DNA from: a virus
Taxonomy: Duplodnaviria; Caudoviricetes
DNA length: 64,000 nucleotides
IMG/VR virus record: IMGVR_UViG_2784746770_000001
Span: 32,001 to 96,000 of that record
Reading direction: 5' to 3' (one strand)
Shown here: one piece after another, positions 36,408-46,746 of the stretch
How positions within the stretch are numbered: the stretch's first letter is position 1
Layout: every line of letters starts with the position of its first letter
Made by a program: the position numbers and the translations under genes
The notes under the pieces: generated by a model
Told to the model about the DNA's origin: nothing
The model's input: only the letters and a program-made list of their open reading frames with translations
Database searches by the model: none

Positions 36408-37457
36408 ATGAAGATCATCTCCCGTGACACCTGGGGCGCGAAGCCCTGGGCGGGCACCCCGGACACCGTCTCCCCCGCCCAGCGCACGGAGTTCTACGTC
36501 CACTACGACGGCGGCACCCCGGTCACCCGCACCGGCTACGCCATCATGCGAGCCATCGAGGCCGAACACCTCAGCAACGGCTGGTCGGGCGTCGGCTACC
36601 ACTTCGTCGTCGACCAGGCGGGCAACGTCTACGAGGGCCGCGGCTGGGGCCTCCAGGGCGCACACTGCCCCGGCCACAACATCTCCGCCATCGGCGTGCA
36701 GATCGCCATCGGCGGCGACCAGGAGCCCAGCCCGGCCGCGCTCTCCGCCTGCCGCGCCCTGTACGAGGAGGCGAACCGGCGCTTCGGCCGCACCCTGGCC
36801 AAGCACGGTCACCGCGACGGCTTCGCCACCGACTGCCCCGGCACGAAGCTCTACGCCTGGGTCCAGGCGGGCATGCCCGCCGGCGCCTACAAGCCCGCCC
36901 CGGACCCGGGCGGCGCCCTCCCCGGCGGCACCAGCCCCGACATCGCCCGCTACCAGGTCACGATCAACGGGCTCCGCTACGGCTACGGCGCGAAGGGGGA
37001 CCACGTCACTCGCGTCGGCCAGGCCCTCGTCAAGAAGGGCTTCGGCACCCACTACACCAGCGGCCCCGGCCCCGTCTGGACCGATGCCGACACGAAGGCG
37101 TACTCCGCCTTCCAGCGCTCCCTCGGCCTCAAGGGCCAGGCCGCTGACGGTGTCCCCGGCGAGGACTCCCTCAAGAAGCTCCTCGGCGCTCTGCCCGGGA
37201 AGGTCACCGCCAAGCCGGCCCCGCCGTTCCCCGGCGCCCAGAACTTCGGCCCCGGCTGCACCAACGGCCACATCACCCTGCTCGGTCAGCAGCTCGTCAA
37301 GAAGGGCTTCGGCAAGCACTACACGAGCGGTCCGGGCCCGAAGTGGTCCGACGCTGACCGCGAGAACACCCGCGACTTCCAGCTCTCCCGCCCCGAGCTG
37401 CGCGGCGACGCCGACGGCCTCCCCGGCCCGCAGACGTGGAAGGCGCTTTTCTCCTGA
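36408..37457 (+). CDS. endolysin: N-acetylmuramoyl-L-alanine amidase with two peptidoglycan-binding domains
   Basis: ISRDTWGA, GWSGVGYHFVV, YEGRG, GAHC, GHRD...T.CPG; duplicated LVKKGFG.HYTSGPGP.W domains. Confidence 0.92.
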   Translation: MKIISRDTWGAKPWAGTPDTVSPAQRTEFYVHYDGGTPVTRTGYAIMRAIEAEHLSNGWSGVGYHFVVDQAGNVYEGRGWGLQGAHCPGHNISAIGVQIAIGGDQEPSPAALSACRALYEEANRRFGRTLAKHGHRDGFATDCPGTKLYAWVQAGMPAGAYKPAPDPGGALPGGTSPDIARYQVTINGLRYGYGAKGDHVTRVGQALVKKGFGTHYTSGPGPVWTDADTKAYSAFQRSLGLKGQAADGVPGEDSLKKLLGALPGKVTAKPAPPFPGAQNFGPGCTNGHITLLGQQLVKKGFGKHYTSGPGPKWSDADRENTRDFQLSRPELRGDADGLPGPQTWKALFS

Positions 37458-37553
37458 CCCCTTGGGGCCGTGCCGGTCAGGCACGGCCCTCCCTCCCCAC
37501 GGGGCCGGCCCGCGCGAGCAGGCCGGCCCTCATCCACTCCCTGAAAGGCCCTC

Positions 37554-37991
37554 ATGGCAGGCGAGACCGTCATCACCGTCGTCGGAAACCTGGTCGACGA
37601 CCCCGAGCTCCGCTTCACCCCGTCCGGCACCGCGGTCGCGAAGTTCCGCGTCGCGTCCACCCCCCGCACCTTCGACCGTCAGACCAACGAGTGGAAGGAT
37701 GGCGAAGCGCTGTTCCTCTCCTGCTCCGTCTGGCGCCAGGCCGCGGAGAACGTTGCCGAATCCCTCCAGCGCGGGACGCGCGTGATCGCGCAGGGTCGAC
37801 TGAAGCAGCGGTCCTACGAGGACAACCAGGGCGTCAAGCGCACGGTCTACGAGCTGGACGTCGAAGCCGTGGGGCCGGACTTGAACCGCGCTACCGCGAA
37901 GGTCACGAAGATACCGGGGTCGCGCGCACCCGGGCCGGCGCCTTCCAGCGGCACCGACCCCTGGTCGAGAGACCAGGGGCCGCCCTTCTAG
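37554..37991 (+). CDS. ssb: single-stranded DNA-binding protein
   Basis: [25 protein letters not shown]...; C-terminal PPF. Confidence 0.95.
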   Translation: MAGETVITVVGNLVDDPELRFTPSGTAVAKFRVASTPRTFDRQTNEWKDGEALFLSCSVWRQAAENVAESLQRGTRVIAQGRLKQRSYEDNQGVKRTVYELDVEAVGPDLNRATAKVTKIPGSRAPGPAPSSGTDPWSRDQGPPF

Positions 37992-39592
37992 CGCTGGCTG
38001 ACCTGCACGACTCCGACTTCCTCTGGCCGCCCAGCAGCCTCGGGGGGTGGCCCAGCCGGGGTGTTGCCGGAAGGCTCGTCATCAGCAGGAACCTCCGGCG
38101 CAGGCTCATCGGACGGCTCTCCCGGAGAGGGCGTTGGCTCCGGAACTGGATCGACCGTAGCTATCGGCGTGGGCGTCGGAGTCGGTGTAGGGATCGGCTC
38201 GGACGTCGGGGTCGGTTCCAGGGACGGCTCCGGATCCGGATCCTGAGTCGGCGTGGGCGTCAAGACCGGGGCCGACGTGGGCGTCGGCGTCGGCGTGGGC
38301 GTCGGAGTCGGCGTGGGCGTCGGAGTCGGCGTCGGCTCGGGCGTCGGCGTGGGCGTCGGCGTGGGCGTCGGAGTCGGAGTCGGCTCGGGCGTCGGCGTGG
38401 GAGTCGGCGTGGGCGTCGGAGTCGGAGTCGGCGTGGGGGGCGGGACCGGTTCAAGAGACGGTGCGACGGTCTCCCGGGTCTCCTCCGGCTCCTCTGCCTC
38501 GCCGGTATGACCATCAGGAGAAGCCTTCGTGTCCTCGCCTGGCTCGTCCGGTGCGTCGACCACGATGGCGACTGCATCGTCCGCGCCAGCCTTCGCCTTG
38601 CCCGTGGTCGGCTCGGCGGTCCCAAGGACCAACTGCACCGCACGCAGAAGCTGCTCACTGGAGCCGCTGTTGTCGCCCAGGCCGTACGCGAACGTCCGCT
38701 CGGTCACGCCCAGGGTGCCGAACGCCAACGCTGCCAGAGAAGCAGGCAGCGGGGCCCCCAGAGCCTGCGGATTGACCTTGGAACTGTTGTCCTTCTCCAG
38801 CGCAGCACGCCACTGCCTCAGCCGAATCGGGTCGGTTCCCCACAGCACGACTCGGCCATGCCGCCATACGTTTTGATAGACCTCGCGGTTGGAGTCCTCG
38901 GCCACCCATGCCTGTGCCGCATTGTCGTCAGGGAAGACCCTGAACCCGATCTTCTCGTCCCGGTAGGAGAACGTGAAGACGGTGGACGTGCCGATGGACG
39001 CCTCAGAGGTCATGATCTCCCCGTCGGCGTCCACGCACTTCGCCTCGAACTCGCCGATCGGGTCACACACGATCTGGCCGTCCCTGACGATCTTTTTGAA
39101 CAGCGGCAGGCCGTAGGTCTGGGCGGCTTCCGCATCCGCGTTGCTCAGGTAGGGGGCGTTCCTGGCGGGGCTATCCCCGGTCACAGGGGAGAGGAAGTGC
39201 GCGGCGGCCGCGCCAAGGAGAACCGCCGGAGCAGCGACCGCGGCGAACCGGGCCCACCGCGAGGCTCGGAAGTGTCGAGGGGGCTCCGGTGCGAGTGGTT
39301 CGGCCGCGGCGCTGTCGGGTGCGGCCTCGAAGCGGGGGATGGAGCTGGTGTCGATGCCCAGTCGCTCGTTCATCTCGCGGATCTCGGGGCAGTGCGTACG
39401 GATCAAGTGCTGTGCACGGTCCAGAGACAGGCCGGGCACGGCTTTCGTCAGCTTGCCGACGGCCGAGCCGAAGGACTGCGCCGGCGAGACGAAGACGTAG
39501 GTCACGCCTTCCTCGTCCTCGTAGGCGATGCAGTCCCTTCCCAGGTTCTTGCAGACGACGTTGAGACGAGACCCGGTGTCGCCAGGTATCAC
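37988..39592 (-). CDS. single-pass membrane protein with extracytoplasmic domain and Pro/Thr-repeat tail
   Basis: TM segment [19 protein letters not shown]; (PT)n tract; GTGA-coupled to the upstream gene of the sigma operon. Confidence 0.75.
   Translation of the reverse strand: MIPGDTGSRLNVVCKNLGRDCIAYEDEEGVTYVFVSPAQSFGSAVGKLTKAVPGLSLDRAQHLIRTHCPEIREMNERLGIDTSSIPRFEAAPDSAAAEPLAPEPPRHFRASRWARFAAVAAPAVLLGAAAAHFLSPVTGDSPARNAPYLSNADAEAAQTYGLPLFKKIVRDGQIVCDPIGEFEAKCVDADGEIMTSEASIGTSTVFTFSYRDEKIGFRVFPDDNAAQAWVAEDSNREVYQNVWRHGRVVLWGTDPIRLRQWRAALEKDNSSKVNPQALGAPLPASLAALAFGTLGVTERTFAYGLGDNSGSSEQLLRAVQLVLGTAEPTTGKAKAGADDAVAIVVDAPDEPGEDTKASPDGHTGEAEEPEETRETVAPSLEPVPPPTPTPTPTPTPTPTPTPEPTPTPTPTPTPTPTPEPTPTPTPTPTPTPTPTPTPTSAPVLTPTPTQDPDPEPSLEPTPTSEPIPTPTPTPTPIATVDPVPEPTPSPGEPSDEPAPEVPADDEPSGNTPAGPPPEAAGRPEEVGVVQVSQR
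38253..38440 (-). repeat. coding 6-bp (Pro-Thr) tandem repeat
   Basis: GGCGTC/GGCGTG/GGAGTC units. Confidence 0.85.
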
Positions 39593-39963
39593 GTACGGTC
39601 TCGGCTTTCCTGGCGCATTTCTGCCGCGACCCGGGCGGCGATGTCCTCGACGCTCGCGTCGTCGACCGGCTCGATGTCGACGACGCGCAGGCGGCCGCGT
39701 TCGCCGGTCTTGGCGGTGCGTACGTGCACCACGGGGGTGGTGAGGTCTTCCTGGGCGGTGCCGGCGACGGGGTGGGCGCGGCGGTCGGCTCGGCGCATCA
39801 TCGCCTCGAAGGCGCGGGCGCGGCCGCTCTCGCTGATGGGACGGCGCGGCACCATGGCGGAGGCGAGTGCGGCCAGCTCTTCCGTCTCGCGATCTGCGGC
39901 CTTCTCGCCGGACAGGCAGCGGTCCAGCTTCTCCGCTCCGCTATCCCGACGCCCCAGCCACAT
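39589..39963 (-). CDS. putative anti-sigma factor (RsbN N-terminal-like)
   Basis: GGGAG RBS; overlaps the sigma 3' end; LDRCL...[11 protein letters not shown].....RARAFEAM helix pattern. Confidence 0.55.
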   Translation of the reverse strand: MWLGRRDSGAEKLDRCLSGEKAADRETEELAALASAMVPRRPISESGRARAFEAMMRRADRRAHPVAGTAQEDLTTPVVHVRTAKTGERGRLRVVDIEPVDDASVEDIAARVAAEMRQESRDRT

Positions 39964-40711
39964 CGTCTTTCTCCCTCAGCTCCATGTGTGATGCGTGCAT
40001 TACATCGTCTTCCCCGGCATCTGGGGAAGCGGACAGCAAGTACAGCGCCGCTGTGGCGCTGTCCGGCAGCTCCTTGCGGAGTGCCTTGAGCGCGCGGTAC
40101 TGCAAGACTCGAATGGTACCTACCTTCCGGCGCATGATCTCCGCCGTCTGGGTTGGGGTGAGACCGACCTTCAAGCGCAGGCGGAGGACCTCGCGGTAGT
40201 CCGGACGGAGCCGGTTGATCCGCTGGTTCAGTGCGCGGCCGAGCTCGCTCCACTCCACCGCTTCCGCGGGGCCGAGGTCGTGGCTGGGCTGGTCGAAGCG
40301 CCAGGTTTCGGAGGGCTGCTCGTACCCGCGGTTGCGCATGGGCCGGTAGTGGTCGGTGCACGCGTTGTCGGCGATGCGGAAGACCCAGGCCCAGACGCCG
40401 GCGCCGGTGTAGGTCTCGATCCGCTCGACCACGCGGGCGAAGGTGTCCTGGGCCAAGTCCTCTGCTGTAGCAGGGTCTTTGACCTTTGTTTCGAGGTAGC
40501 GCACGACGGGTTCGTACATGTGCTGGAAGAGCGTGGCGAGGTTGTCTCGGTCCTCGACGTCCTGCGCGGCGGCCAGGGCGACGGCGTTGAGGTCCAGCCC
40601 AGGGTCGCAGCTGTGCGACTGCGTGCTGCTCGGGCTGGGCGTCTCACGCATCGGCTCCACTCCAGATGTCGGCTCTGTCGGAACGTCATCTTCCGACAGA
40701 GCCAGCGGCAT
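39941..40711 (-). CDS. ECF sigma factor, BldN-like
   Basis: Region 2 AEDLAQDTF...AWVFRIADN...DHYR; region 4 VLRLR...GLT...TAEIM...GTIRVLQYRALKAL. Start is uncertain. Confidence 0.9.
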   Translation of the reverse strand: MPLALSEDDVPTEPTSGVEPMRETPSPSSTQSHSCDPGLDLNAVALAAAQDVEDRDNLATLFQHMYEPVVRYLETKVKDPATAEDLAQDTFARVVERIETYTGAGVWAWVFRIADNACTDHYRPMRNRGYEQPSETWRFDQPSHDLGPAEAVEWSELGRALNQRINRLRPDYREVLRLRLKVGLTPTQTAEIMRRKVGTIRVLQYRALKALRKELPDSATAALYLLSASPDAGEDDVMHASHMELREKDDVAGASG

Positions 40712-41038
40712 GTGCCAGCGTCGATTAGAACGTAGAACCGAAAACCGCCGCTTCACCCCAAAATGGTCAAAAGGTCATCATGGGTCGTTCGCCCGTATTT
40801 GGGAGATAGTGAATCCCGCATGAACAGGGGCAAACACGACGTGAGCACCGTCGGTTCACAGATGAGCAGTTACGGAACTGTTACCGGGGGATTGTCACGT
40901 CGGCGCTGCCCGTCTACCCGCGATCCGCGGATTCACTCTGGCGCGCTGGCGCGAATCGGAACCGCGCTATCTTGGTGTGCACTATCGTGTGCGCAACGCG
41001 CCGGGAAGAGCGACCCGGGCACCGGAAAGGAGCGGCGC

Positions 41039-41239
41039 ATGGACAGCGCCTCGTGGAGGAAGGCTCTCGACCGCCTTCCGTTCAAGGAGTGGCTGCCGGC
41101 TGAAGAAGTGCCGGCGCACACCGGGATCAACCCCGACGACGCCCTCACCGTGCTGCGCCGTGCGCGGCGGGCGGGCTCCCTCTGCACGACCGGCCGCGGC
41201 AGTGAGATGCAGGTCATGCGCGTCCGGCGGATCGTGTGA
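41039..41239 (+). CDS. small winged-helix-like protein
   Basis: GAAAGGAG RBS; 66 aa. Confidence 0.55.
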   Translation: MDSASWRKALDRLPFKEWLPAEEVPAHTGINPDDALTVLRRARRAGSLCTTGRGSEMQVMRVRRIV

Positions 41240-41446
41240 TCCCACTCGATAACCGGCCCCAGGCCCCCCTGCGTAGCTGGCGTCTTTTCACGCGCCAGGC
41301 CCGGGCCGCGCTTCCGCGCGGGCACCAAGGACGAGAGGGCCTGGGGCCGGTTATCGACTCGACCAGATGAGGGCGTCTGCTGGCACGATGCACGCAGCCC
41401 CGCCTGCCCCGGACTTTCCCGCCCGCTGACCCACAGGACGCCTGCC

Positions 41447-42004
41447 GTGTCGAACTCCTTCACCGACTGGAGCCGCAGCACCCTCCGCCGCCTCTCCCTC
41501 GCGCGCGCCACCGGCGACCGCGCCGAGGCTGAGACGATCGTCGCCGAGCTGAGCGCGGCCTACCTGCGGCTCGGGGCCCGAGAGGTGGGCACCGAGGAGG
41601 AGCAGAACACCTACCTCCTCGCTCGCTACACCCACACCCCCGTAGCGGAGCTCAGCGCGGTAGGAATCGATTCCAACTCCTGGCCCCTGTCCGAACGTCG
41701 GAAAGCTGCTGACGTCCCGCTGGTCTCCGAGACCGAGGCGTCCCCCGAGACCTCCCGGCGCATCAGCGACCTGTTCGCCGCAGCCGGCCCGCTGCGCGCC
41801 CCCTCCACCGCCAAGACGACGGCCGCGTACATCGTCAAGCACCGGCCCGAAGACCACCAGGTCCACCAGGGCACCCCGCTGCCCTGGGCAATCGTCGCCA
41901 CGGCCCTGGACATCGCCGTGGCGTACCACGCCGACAAGGACCTGGCCGAGTACCAGGCCGAGAGGGCGAACGCGGCGTACGAGGCGAAGCGCGGCCAGAA
42001 GTGA
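41447..42004 (+). CDS. hypothetical protein
   Basis: AGGA RBS, GTG start, codon bias. Confidence 0.65.
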   Translation: MSNSFTDWSRSTLRRLSLARATGDRAEAETIVAELSAAYLRLGAREVGTEEEQNTYLLARYTHTPVAELSAVGIDSNSWPLSERRKAADVPLVSETEASPETSRRISDLFAAAGPLRAPSTAKTTAAYIVKHRPEDHQVHQGTPLPWAIVATALDIAVAYHADKDLAEYQAERANAAYEAKRGQK

Positions 42005-42150
42005 CGGCCCGCCACCGACTCGGGGGACGCGCGGTGACGGATGCGCCCGTCAGCGTGAGCCGACGGTCTAGGCTGACCCCCGGGACCCCTGCGTCCGCCT
42101 CCCACCGGCTGGCGGACGACCGTCCCGACAAGACCACACCGAGAGACCAG

Positions 42151-42222
42151 AAAAGCCCCGCCGGGCTCAGCTGCGAGGAAAAAGGCGGCGAAACCTTTGG
42201 CAGCGAGCCCATTCGGCGGGGC
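42151..42222. promoter_or_regulatory. long hairpin upstream of rep (candidate antisense copy-control RNA terminator)
   Basis: GCCCCGCCG-GGCTC-GCTGC...GCAGC-GAGCC-CGGCGGGGC, with AAAA on its 5' side (a U-tract on the minus strand). Confidence 0.5.
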
Positions 42223-42647
42223 ATCTGGGAGACCAAGCAGGAGTACCAGGTCTCGATGAGCACCAATGTACCCGTCAGACGGCGGGGACACGCAACGGAA
42301 AGGCCCACCGGGTGGCGCGTCGTGCGCCGGCGTCCGGTGGGCCGTTGTGCGTTCGTGCTCTCGGTGTTCCCCGCTGCCTGTTCGTCGCTCCCCCTTGGGG
42401 TGGTCATGACCTAGCTTCCCCGGCGGCCGCCGGGCACCGGACCTTCCTACGGGTCCACCGCCCTCGTACCGCCTAGACCGCGGTCGTCACGATCGGGCTC
42501 CTACCCCCGAGCGCTGCCACGGCCCATTGCGCCGGACTCACCCGTCCGACGCGGAGATCCGGTCCGAGAACCGAATCTCCGAATTTCACACCAGCCCCGC
42601 CGAGGCGGGCTCTGTTGTGCCCGCACAAGGTGGCCGAGCACGGAGCC

Positions 42648-44921
42648 ATGATGCCGTATGCCCGCGCGCGCTTCCAGCCCTCCCAGGCGGCGCGCCGCAC
42701 AACAAGCCCTCCAGAAGGCGACAAATCGACCCATGGAGAGGCGCAGCTCACCCTTTTCGCGCTCCCCCATCCGGGTGCTCCGGAAGCGCGTCCGATTCCC
42801 CTCCAGCACCAGCTCGGCCTTCCCGGGGTGATGCTCGACCTGTCGCCGCGCGCCGAGCTGCGCGTGGACACCCGCGACGAACTCGGACGCTGGCAGCACG
42901 AGTACAAGGAGGTCCCGCTCGCCGGATTCACCCCGAGCGGACCGTACGCACTGCACCTCACGGACGATCAACACCGCTTCCGGTGGCTCGTGTTCGACCT
43001 CGACACCGCACAGGGCGCGGTCGGCCTCGACCTGGCCAGACTGCTCCGCCACCTCACCGAGGCCGGCCTGAGCTTCGTCACGGTTGCCTCCGGCCCGACC
43101 GGCGGACGCCACGTGTGGGTCGCGGCGACCACTCCCCTGCCGCACCGACTCGTCCGGCTCATCAACACCGCGGCGAAGAAGGTCCTGCCCACCCTCGACA
43201 CCTCCGTGCTCAGCAACCCCGCCACCGGGGCCGTACGGCCGATCGGGTCACCACACCGCGACGGCGGCCGCGCCACGCTGATCTCCCCGGACACCGAGGT
43301 CGAAGCCGCTCGCCGCCTCACGCCGGCGTCGTGCGGCAATCCCGTCGAAGCGTTCGAGCGCCTGGCGGTCCTTCTCGGCGCCGACCCCCGAGACGCCACG
43401 CCTGCCCCGCTCCAACGTCGATCCACAGTCGTCCACGACCGACTGGGCCCCCGCCTCGCCGGCACCCCTTCCACGCTCCTGGACACCGACACCGCCGCCA
43501 CCCTGCGAGCCGTCCCCGACGACGCGAGCCGCGCCCTGGCCTCCCTCCTCGTCCGCCTGGCCGTCCGCCGCTGGACGTGGCCGATGGTCCAGGCCCTGCT
43601 GAGGCAACAGGAGTACCGCCGCGGCGCGCTGCTGCACGCCTGCACCCGCCGCCGCGCCGGGTACCGCGTACAGGTGTCCGACGAGGCCGCCGAACGGCGC
43701 CTGGCCCGACAGTGGAGCCGGTGCGTCGAGTTCGCCTCGCGGATGCCCGCGCGGGATCTCCACGACGACGATGTCCCCTGGAACGATCGCCTGCGCGATG
43801 TTGTCGCTCTGGTCGTCGCGCTCCAGACAGCTGCCGACGCCACTCCTGACCGCTGGGCCATCGAGTCGGGCCCTGCAGACCGCGCGGTGCTCGACCTGCT
43901 GTGCCTGTACGCCCTCAAGGCGGGCACGCTCATTCTCGACCTCGATATCCGTCGGGCCGCCCTCGGCACCGGACACGGCCGGTCCACGATGGCGAGGGCC
44001 ACCGGCCGGCTCGCTCTCGACGGGTTCGTCGTCGCCCGGGTGAGCGCAGGAAAGGCGGGAACCTGGGAACTGCTCCCCCTCGATGACGACCACCCTCTCG
44101 CCCACGCCGCCTTCCAGATCGACATCAATGCCTGGGGTGGGACACAAGGACCCCGCCCATGGGTCGAGGCCGCCCGCACCAACATGGTGGAGAAGCTCCA
44201 GGAGCGTCTGGAGCACATCAGGGCGGACGTCTTCTCTTACGGCCGACTCGGCCACGGACCCACACGACGGCCAGGAGGAATCGGTCACCACACGGGCCGG
44301 CTGTACGCGGCACTTGCTGAGCACCGGGCGGGCCCGCTGAGCGTTGCCGCGCTCATGGCCGCCACCGGATACGAACGCCGCTGCGTGAAGCGGAAGCTGG
44401 TCCGGATGCAGGAGCTCATGGTCGTGGCCAGGGCCTCTCTCGTACCCCACCATGAATGCCCGACCTGCCACGCGGCTCCGGGAAGTGCTTGTCGTACGCC
44501 CAGCGGGAGCGCCCTGCCGAAGGGTGAGAGGCACGCTCAGAGGACGGCGCTGGCCCGGGCCCGAGCGAAGGCCGGGTACTGGAGGGCGCGTGAAGGGGCC
44601 TGTCTGGTCCAGGCGGCCCAGACGATCGCCGTGCACGGGACGGTCGCCCGTCGGGCCCGGTTCTACGCGGCCGAGATCGAGCTGTGGAACTGGTGGCAGG
44701 ACGAAGAGGACTGGATGCGCAGCCCGAAGAAGGGCGTCCGCCGGGGGCCGAGCACGCACGAGGACCAGACGGAAGTCGTCTTGACGACGCTGGGGCCGTG
44801 GAAGCAGCGTCGTCGGTATCCGCGGCATGTGGTCACCTCGGCCGATGGTGGGCGGAGGCCCGGTCGGGCAGACCACAAAGCCGCTTGGGAGCGGGTCCTG
44901 CGTCGGATGCCGATGGTGTAG
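42648..44921 (+). CDS. plasmid-type replication protein (AEP primase-like N-terminus, HTH, Zn finger)
   Basis: LVFDLD, SGPTGGRHVWV, VRPIGSPHR motifs; C-terminal CPTCHAAPGSAC...H. Start is uncertain. Confidence 0.75.
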   Translation: MMPYARARFQPSQAARRTTSPPEGDKSTHGEAQLTLFALPHPGAPEARPIPLQHQLGLPGVMLDLSPRAELRVDTRDELGRWQHEYKEVPLAGFTPSGPYALHLTDDQHRFRWLVFDLDTAQGAVGLDLARLLRHLTEAGLSFVTVASGPTGGRHVWVAATTPLPHRLVRLINTAAKKVLPTLDTSVLSNPATGAVRPIGSPHRDGGRATLISPDTEVEAARRLTPASCGNPVEAFERLAVLLGADPRDATPAPLQRRSTVVHDRLGPRLAGTPSTLLDTDTAATLRAVPDDASRALASLLVRLAVRRWTWPMVQALLRQQEYRRGALLHACTRRRAGYRVQVSDEAAERRLARQWSRCVEFASRMPARDLHDDDVPWNDRLRDVVALVVALQTAADATPDRWAIESGPADRAVLDLLCLYALKAGTLILDLDIRRAALGTGHGRSTMARATGRLALDGFVVARVSAGKAGTWELLPLDDDHPLAHAAFQIDINAWGGTQGPRPWVEAARTNMVEKLQERLEHIRADVFSYGRLGHGPTRRPGGIGHHTGRLYAALAEHRAGPLSVAALMAATGYERRCVKRKLVRMQELMVVARASLVPHHECPTCHAAPGSACRTPSGSALPKGERHAQRTALARARAKAGYWRAREGACLVQAAQTIAVHGTVARRARFYAAEIELWNWWQDEEDWMRSPKKGVRRGPSTHEDQTEVVLTTLGPWKQRRRYPRHVVTSADGGRRPGRADHKAAWERVLRRMPMV

Positions 44922-44939
44922 GTGGCAGGACCCGCTATC

Positions 44940-45431
44940 TCAGCGTCGACCGTTGCCCGAAGACGGGGAGGAGCCGCGGCGCCAGCTGGACGGCGCGCGG
45001 CTGCGGAAAGTCTCCCCCGACAGGACGGCTTGCCGGTTGCGCTCGAACGCGCTGTCCGCCCCGGAGCCCGAGCGGGTCTTGGGAGGGAAGACGCAGTCAC
45101 TATGGGCCCACCCAGCGAAGATCTTCGTCACCAGGGTCTTGGCTGGGTACGACTCTTCGCACATCGGGCACCTTCCCGGGTAGCGCGAAGGCGTGCCAGG
45201 GCCCTTTCGCTGCGGCTGGGGCTTTGAGGGCGTCCGGTCGGGGGGAGCCGGTGGTCCCGCCTGGCGCTGGCCTGCCAAGGTGGCTCGTTCCAGGCAAGAG
45301 GAATGGCAGGGTTTGCGTGACTTGCTCAGCTTGCGCTGGGCGCTACCGATCGGTCGACGGCAGATGGCACACAGATCGCCCGGCCGTCCTGGTGGTCCGT
45401 CGCGGCCCGCCCGGGGCCTAGGGGTCTTCAC
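44940..45431 (-). CDS. Cys/His-rich hypothetical protein
   Basis: Two CxxC...HxxC clusters. Confidence 0.5.
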   Translation of the reverse strand: MKTPRPRAGRDGPPGRPGDLCAICRRPIGSAQRKLSKSRKPCHSSCLERATLAGQRQAGPPAPPDRTPSKPQPQRKGPGTPSRYPGRCPMCEESYPAKTLVTKIFAGWAHSDCVFPPKTRSGSGADSAFERNRQAVLSGETFRSRAPSSWRRGSSPSSGNGRR

Positions 45432-45525
45432 GCAGCGGATCGTAGTGGCGGCATGGCGCGGGAGGCCGGAAGTTTGTCAGGTTGCTCAGGCCGAGGCCGT
45501 TTATCGGCCACGAGGAGACGTCTTT

Positions 45526-46062
45526 TCAGGCAAGGCGGCGGACGGCTGCCCAGGTCTGGAAACCGTCGGGAAGCGTGGTCGAGCCGCACTCCTCGGTGAA
45601 CACGTGGGCAGCGTGGAGCATGCGGTCCGGGGCCGTGAAGAACGGGCCGGTGTCCTCCTCGACAGCGACGAAGACGTGCTCGTCGTCCATCCAGATCTGG
45701 CACCACAGGGTGGTCCCCCAGGGCTGCCGGGCCGCCGCCGACCCCGCCAGTTCGGCAAGGCAGACCAGAGCCCGATGGGTCGTGACCTCGGCCCTGGGGT
45801 CGGTTGAACCCCGGAAGAAGAGCGTGTTCAGGAGCATGCCGCCCGTCTGCCGGGCGTCGGCGGCGCTGTCGGCGCCCGCGGTGAGGCAGAAGCGGCTGGA
45901 GCGCGCGGCGAGGAGCCGCGCGGCGTCGGTGGCGGCGTGATCAGGCCGGAGGGCCACTTGCTGTGTCGGTATGCCGCGGCGCTCGCCAGCGCTGGCCAGG
46001 ACATTCGTGCGGGTGGTCATGGCGCGGCGGAAGCCCGCGGGCGAGTCCGGCGTCTCGGTCAC
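45526..46062 (-). CDS. degenerate HATPase_c (RsbW-like) regulatory protein
   Basis: ARQT...CLAELAGSA...VAVEED...G....GFQTWA follows the fold pattern but lacks the N-box Asn and the GRG motif; divergent from the XRE gene. Confidence 0.6.
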   Translation of the reverse strand: MTETPDSPAGFRRAMTTRTNVLASAGERRGIPTQQVALRPDHAATDAARLLAARSSRFCLTAGADSAADARQTGGMLLNTLFFRGSTDPRAEVTTHRALVCLAELAGSAAARQPWGTTLWCQIWMDDEHVFVAVEEDTGPFFTAPDRMLHAAHVFTEECGSTTLPDGFQTWAAVRRLA

Positions 46063-46132
46063 TCTGTCTCGTCCCCGGTCGGTGGCGGATGGCTGGCTGC
46101 GATGGGCCGGGGCGCTTCACCCCCTGACCTCC

Positions 46133-46200
46133 CTAAACAATAGTTGCCTAGCATCGACCGACCGTCACATATGCCTGTGGCATAGTCAACTATTGTTTAG
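46133..46200. promoter_or_regulatory. inverted operator pair in a divergent promoter
   Basis: CTAAACAATAGTTG (46133-46146) and CAACTATTGTTTAG (46187-46200): perfect 14-bp AT-rich inverted repeat, 40 bp apart. Confidence 0.7.
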
Positions 46201-46230
46201 AGCCCCTCCAGCGAGAGCAGCAACCCGCCC

Positions 46231-46746
46231 ATGCCCCACACACGCAGGCAGTCGTCCGAGAGCGACAGAAAGCCCGTGCCGGCCCCCGGCCCCGGCTCGT
46301 CGTTCGCCGATCGACTGAACTACCTGTTCGACAACCTGCGGCCGAGCGCCAGCGACGAGGACTACCGGAAGAAGGCCACCGCGACCGGGGAGTTCTCGAA
46401 CGCCTACGTTGCCGACGCTGCCTCCGCCCTCGGTCCCATGAGCATCACGGCGTCCTACATCGGTCAGCTACGGAACCCGGCCGAATCGAAGAACCCTAGC
46501 GGCAAGGTCATACAGACCCTGGCGAATTTCTTCGAAGTGAAGGCCGGCTACTTCCTCGACGACGAGGTCACACAGTCGATCGTCGGCCAGTTCGACCTGG
46601 TGAGGAAGCTGAACGACCAGGGCGTCACGAACATCGCCCTCCGGGTCGCCGACCTGTCTCCAACGAGCCGAGAGGCTGTGCTCGCCCTGGTCAATCAGGT
46701 GCGGCAGTTGGAGGGGCTACCCCCCGAGCCAGAAGAGCTGAAGTAA
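46231..46746 (+). CDS. XRE-family regulator (EspR-like)
   Basis: FADRLNYLF...SYIGQLR...NPS...LANFFEVKAGYF.D...GVTNIALR...LS. Confidence 0.85.
   Translation: MPHTRRQSSESDRKPVPAPGPGSSFADRLNYLFDNLRPSASDEDYRKKATATGEFSNAYVADAASALGPMSITASYIGQLRNPAESKNPSGKVIQTLANFFEVKAGYFLDDEVTQSIVGQFDLVRKLNDQGVTNIALRVADLSPTSREAVLALVNQVRQLEGLPPEPEELK

Noticed and set aside
44141-44147. GACACAA as a late promoter
   Set aside because: It lies inside the rep coding sequence and has no xANNNT at the 14-15 nt spacing.
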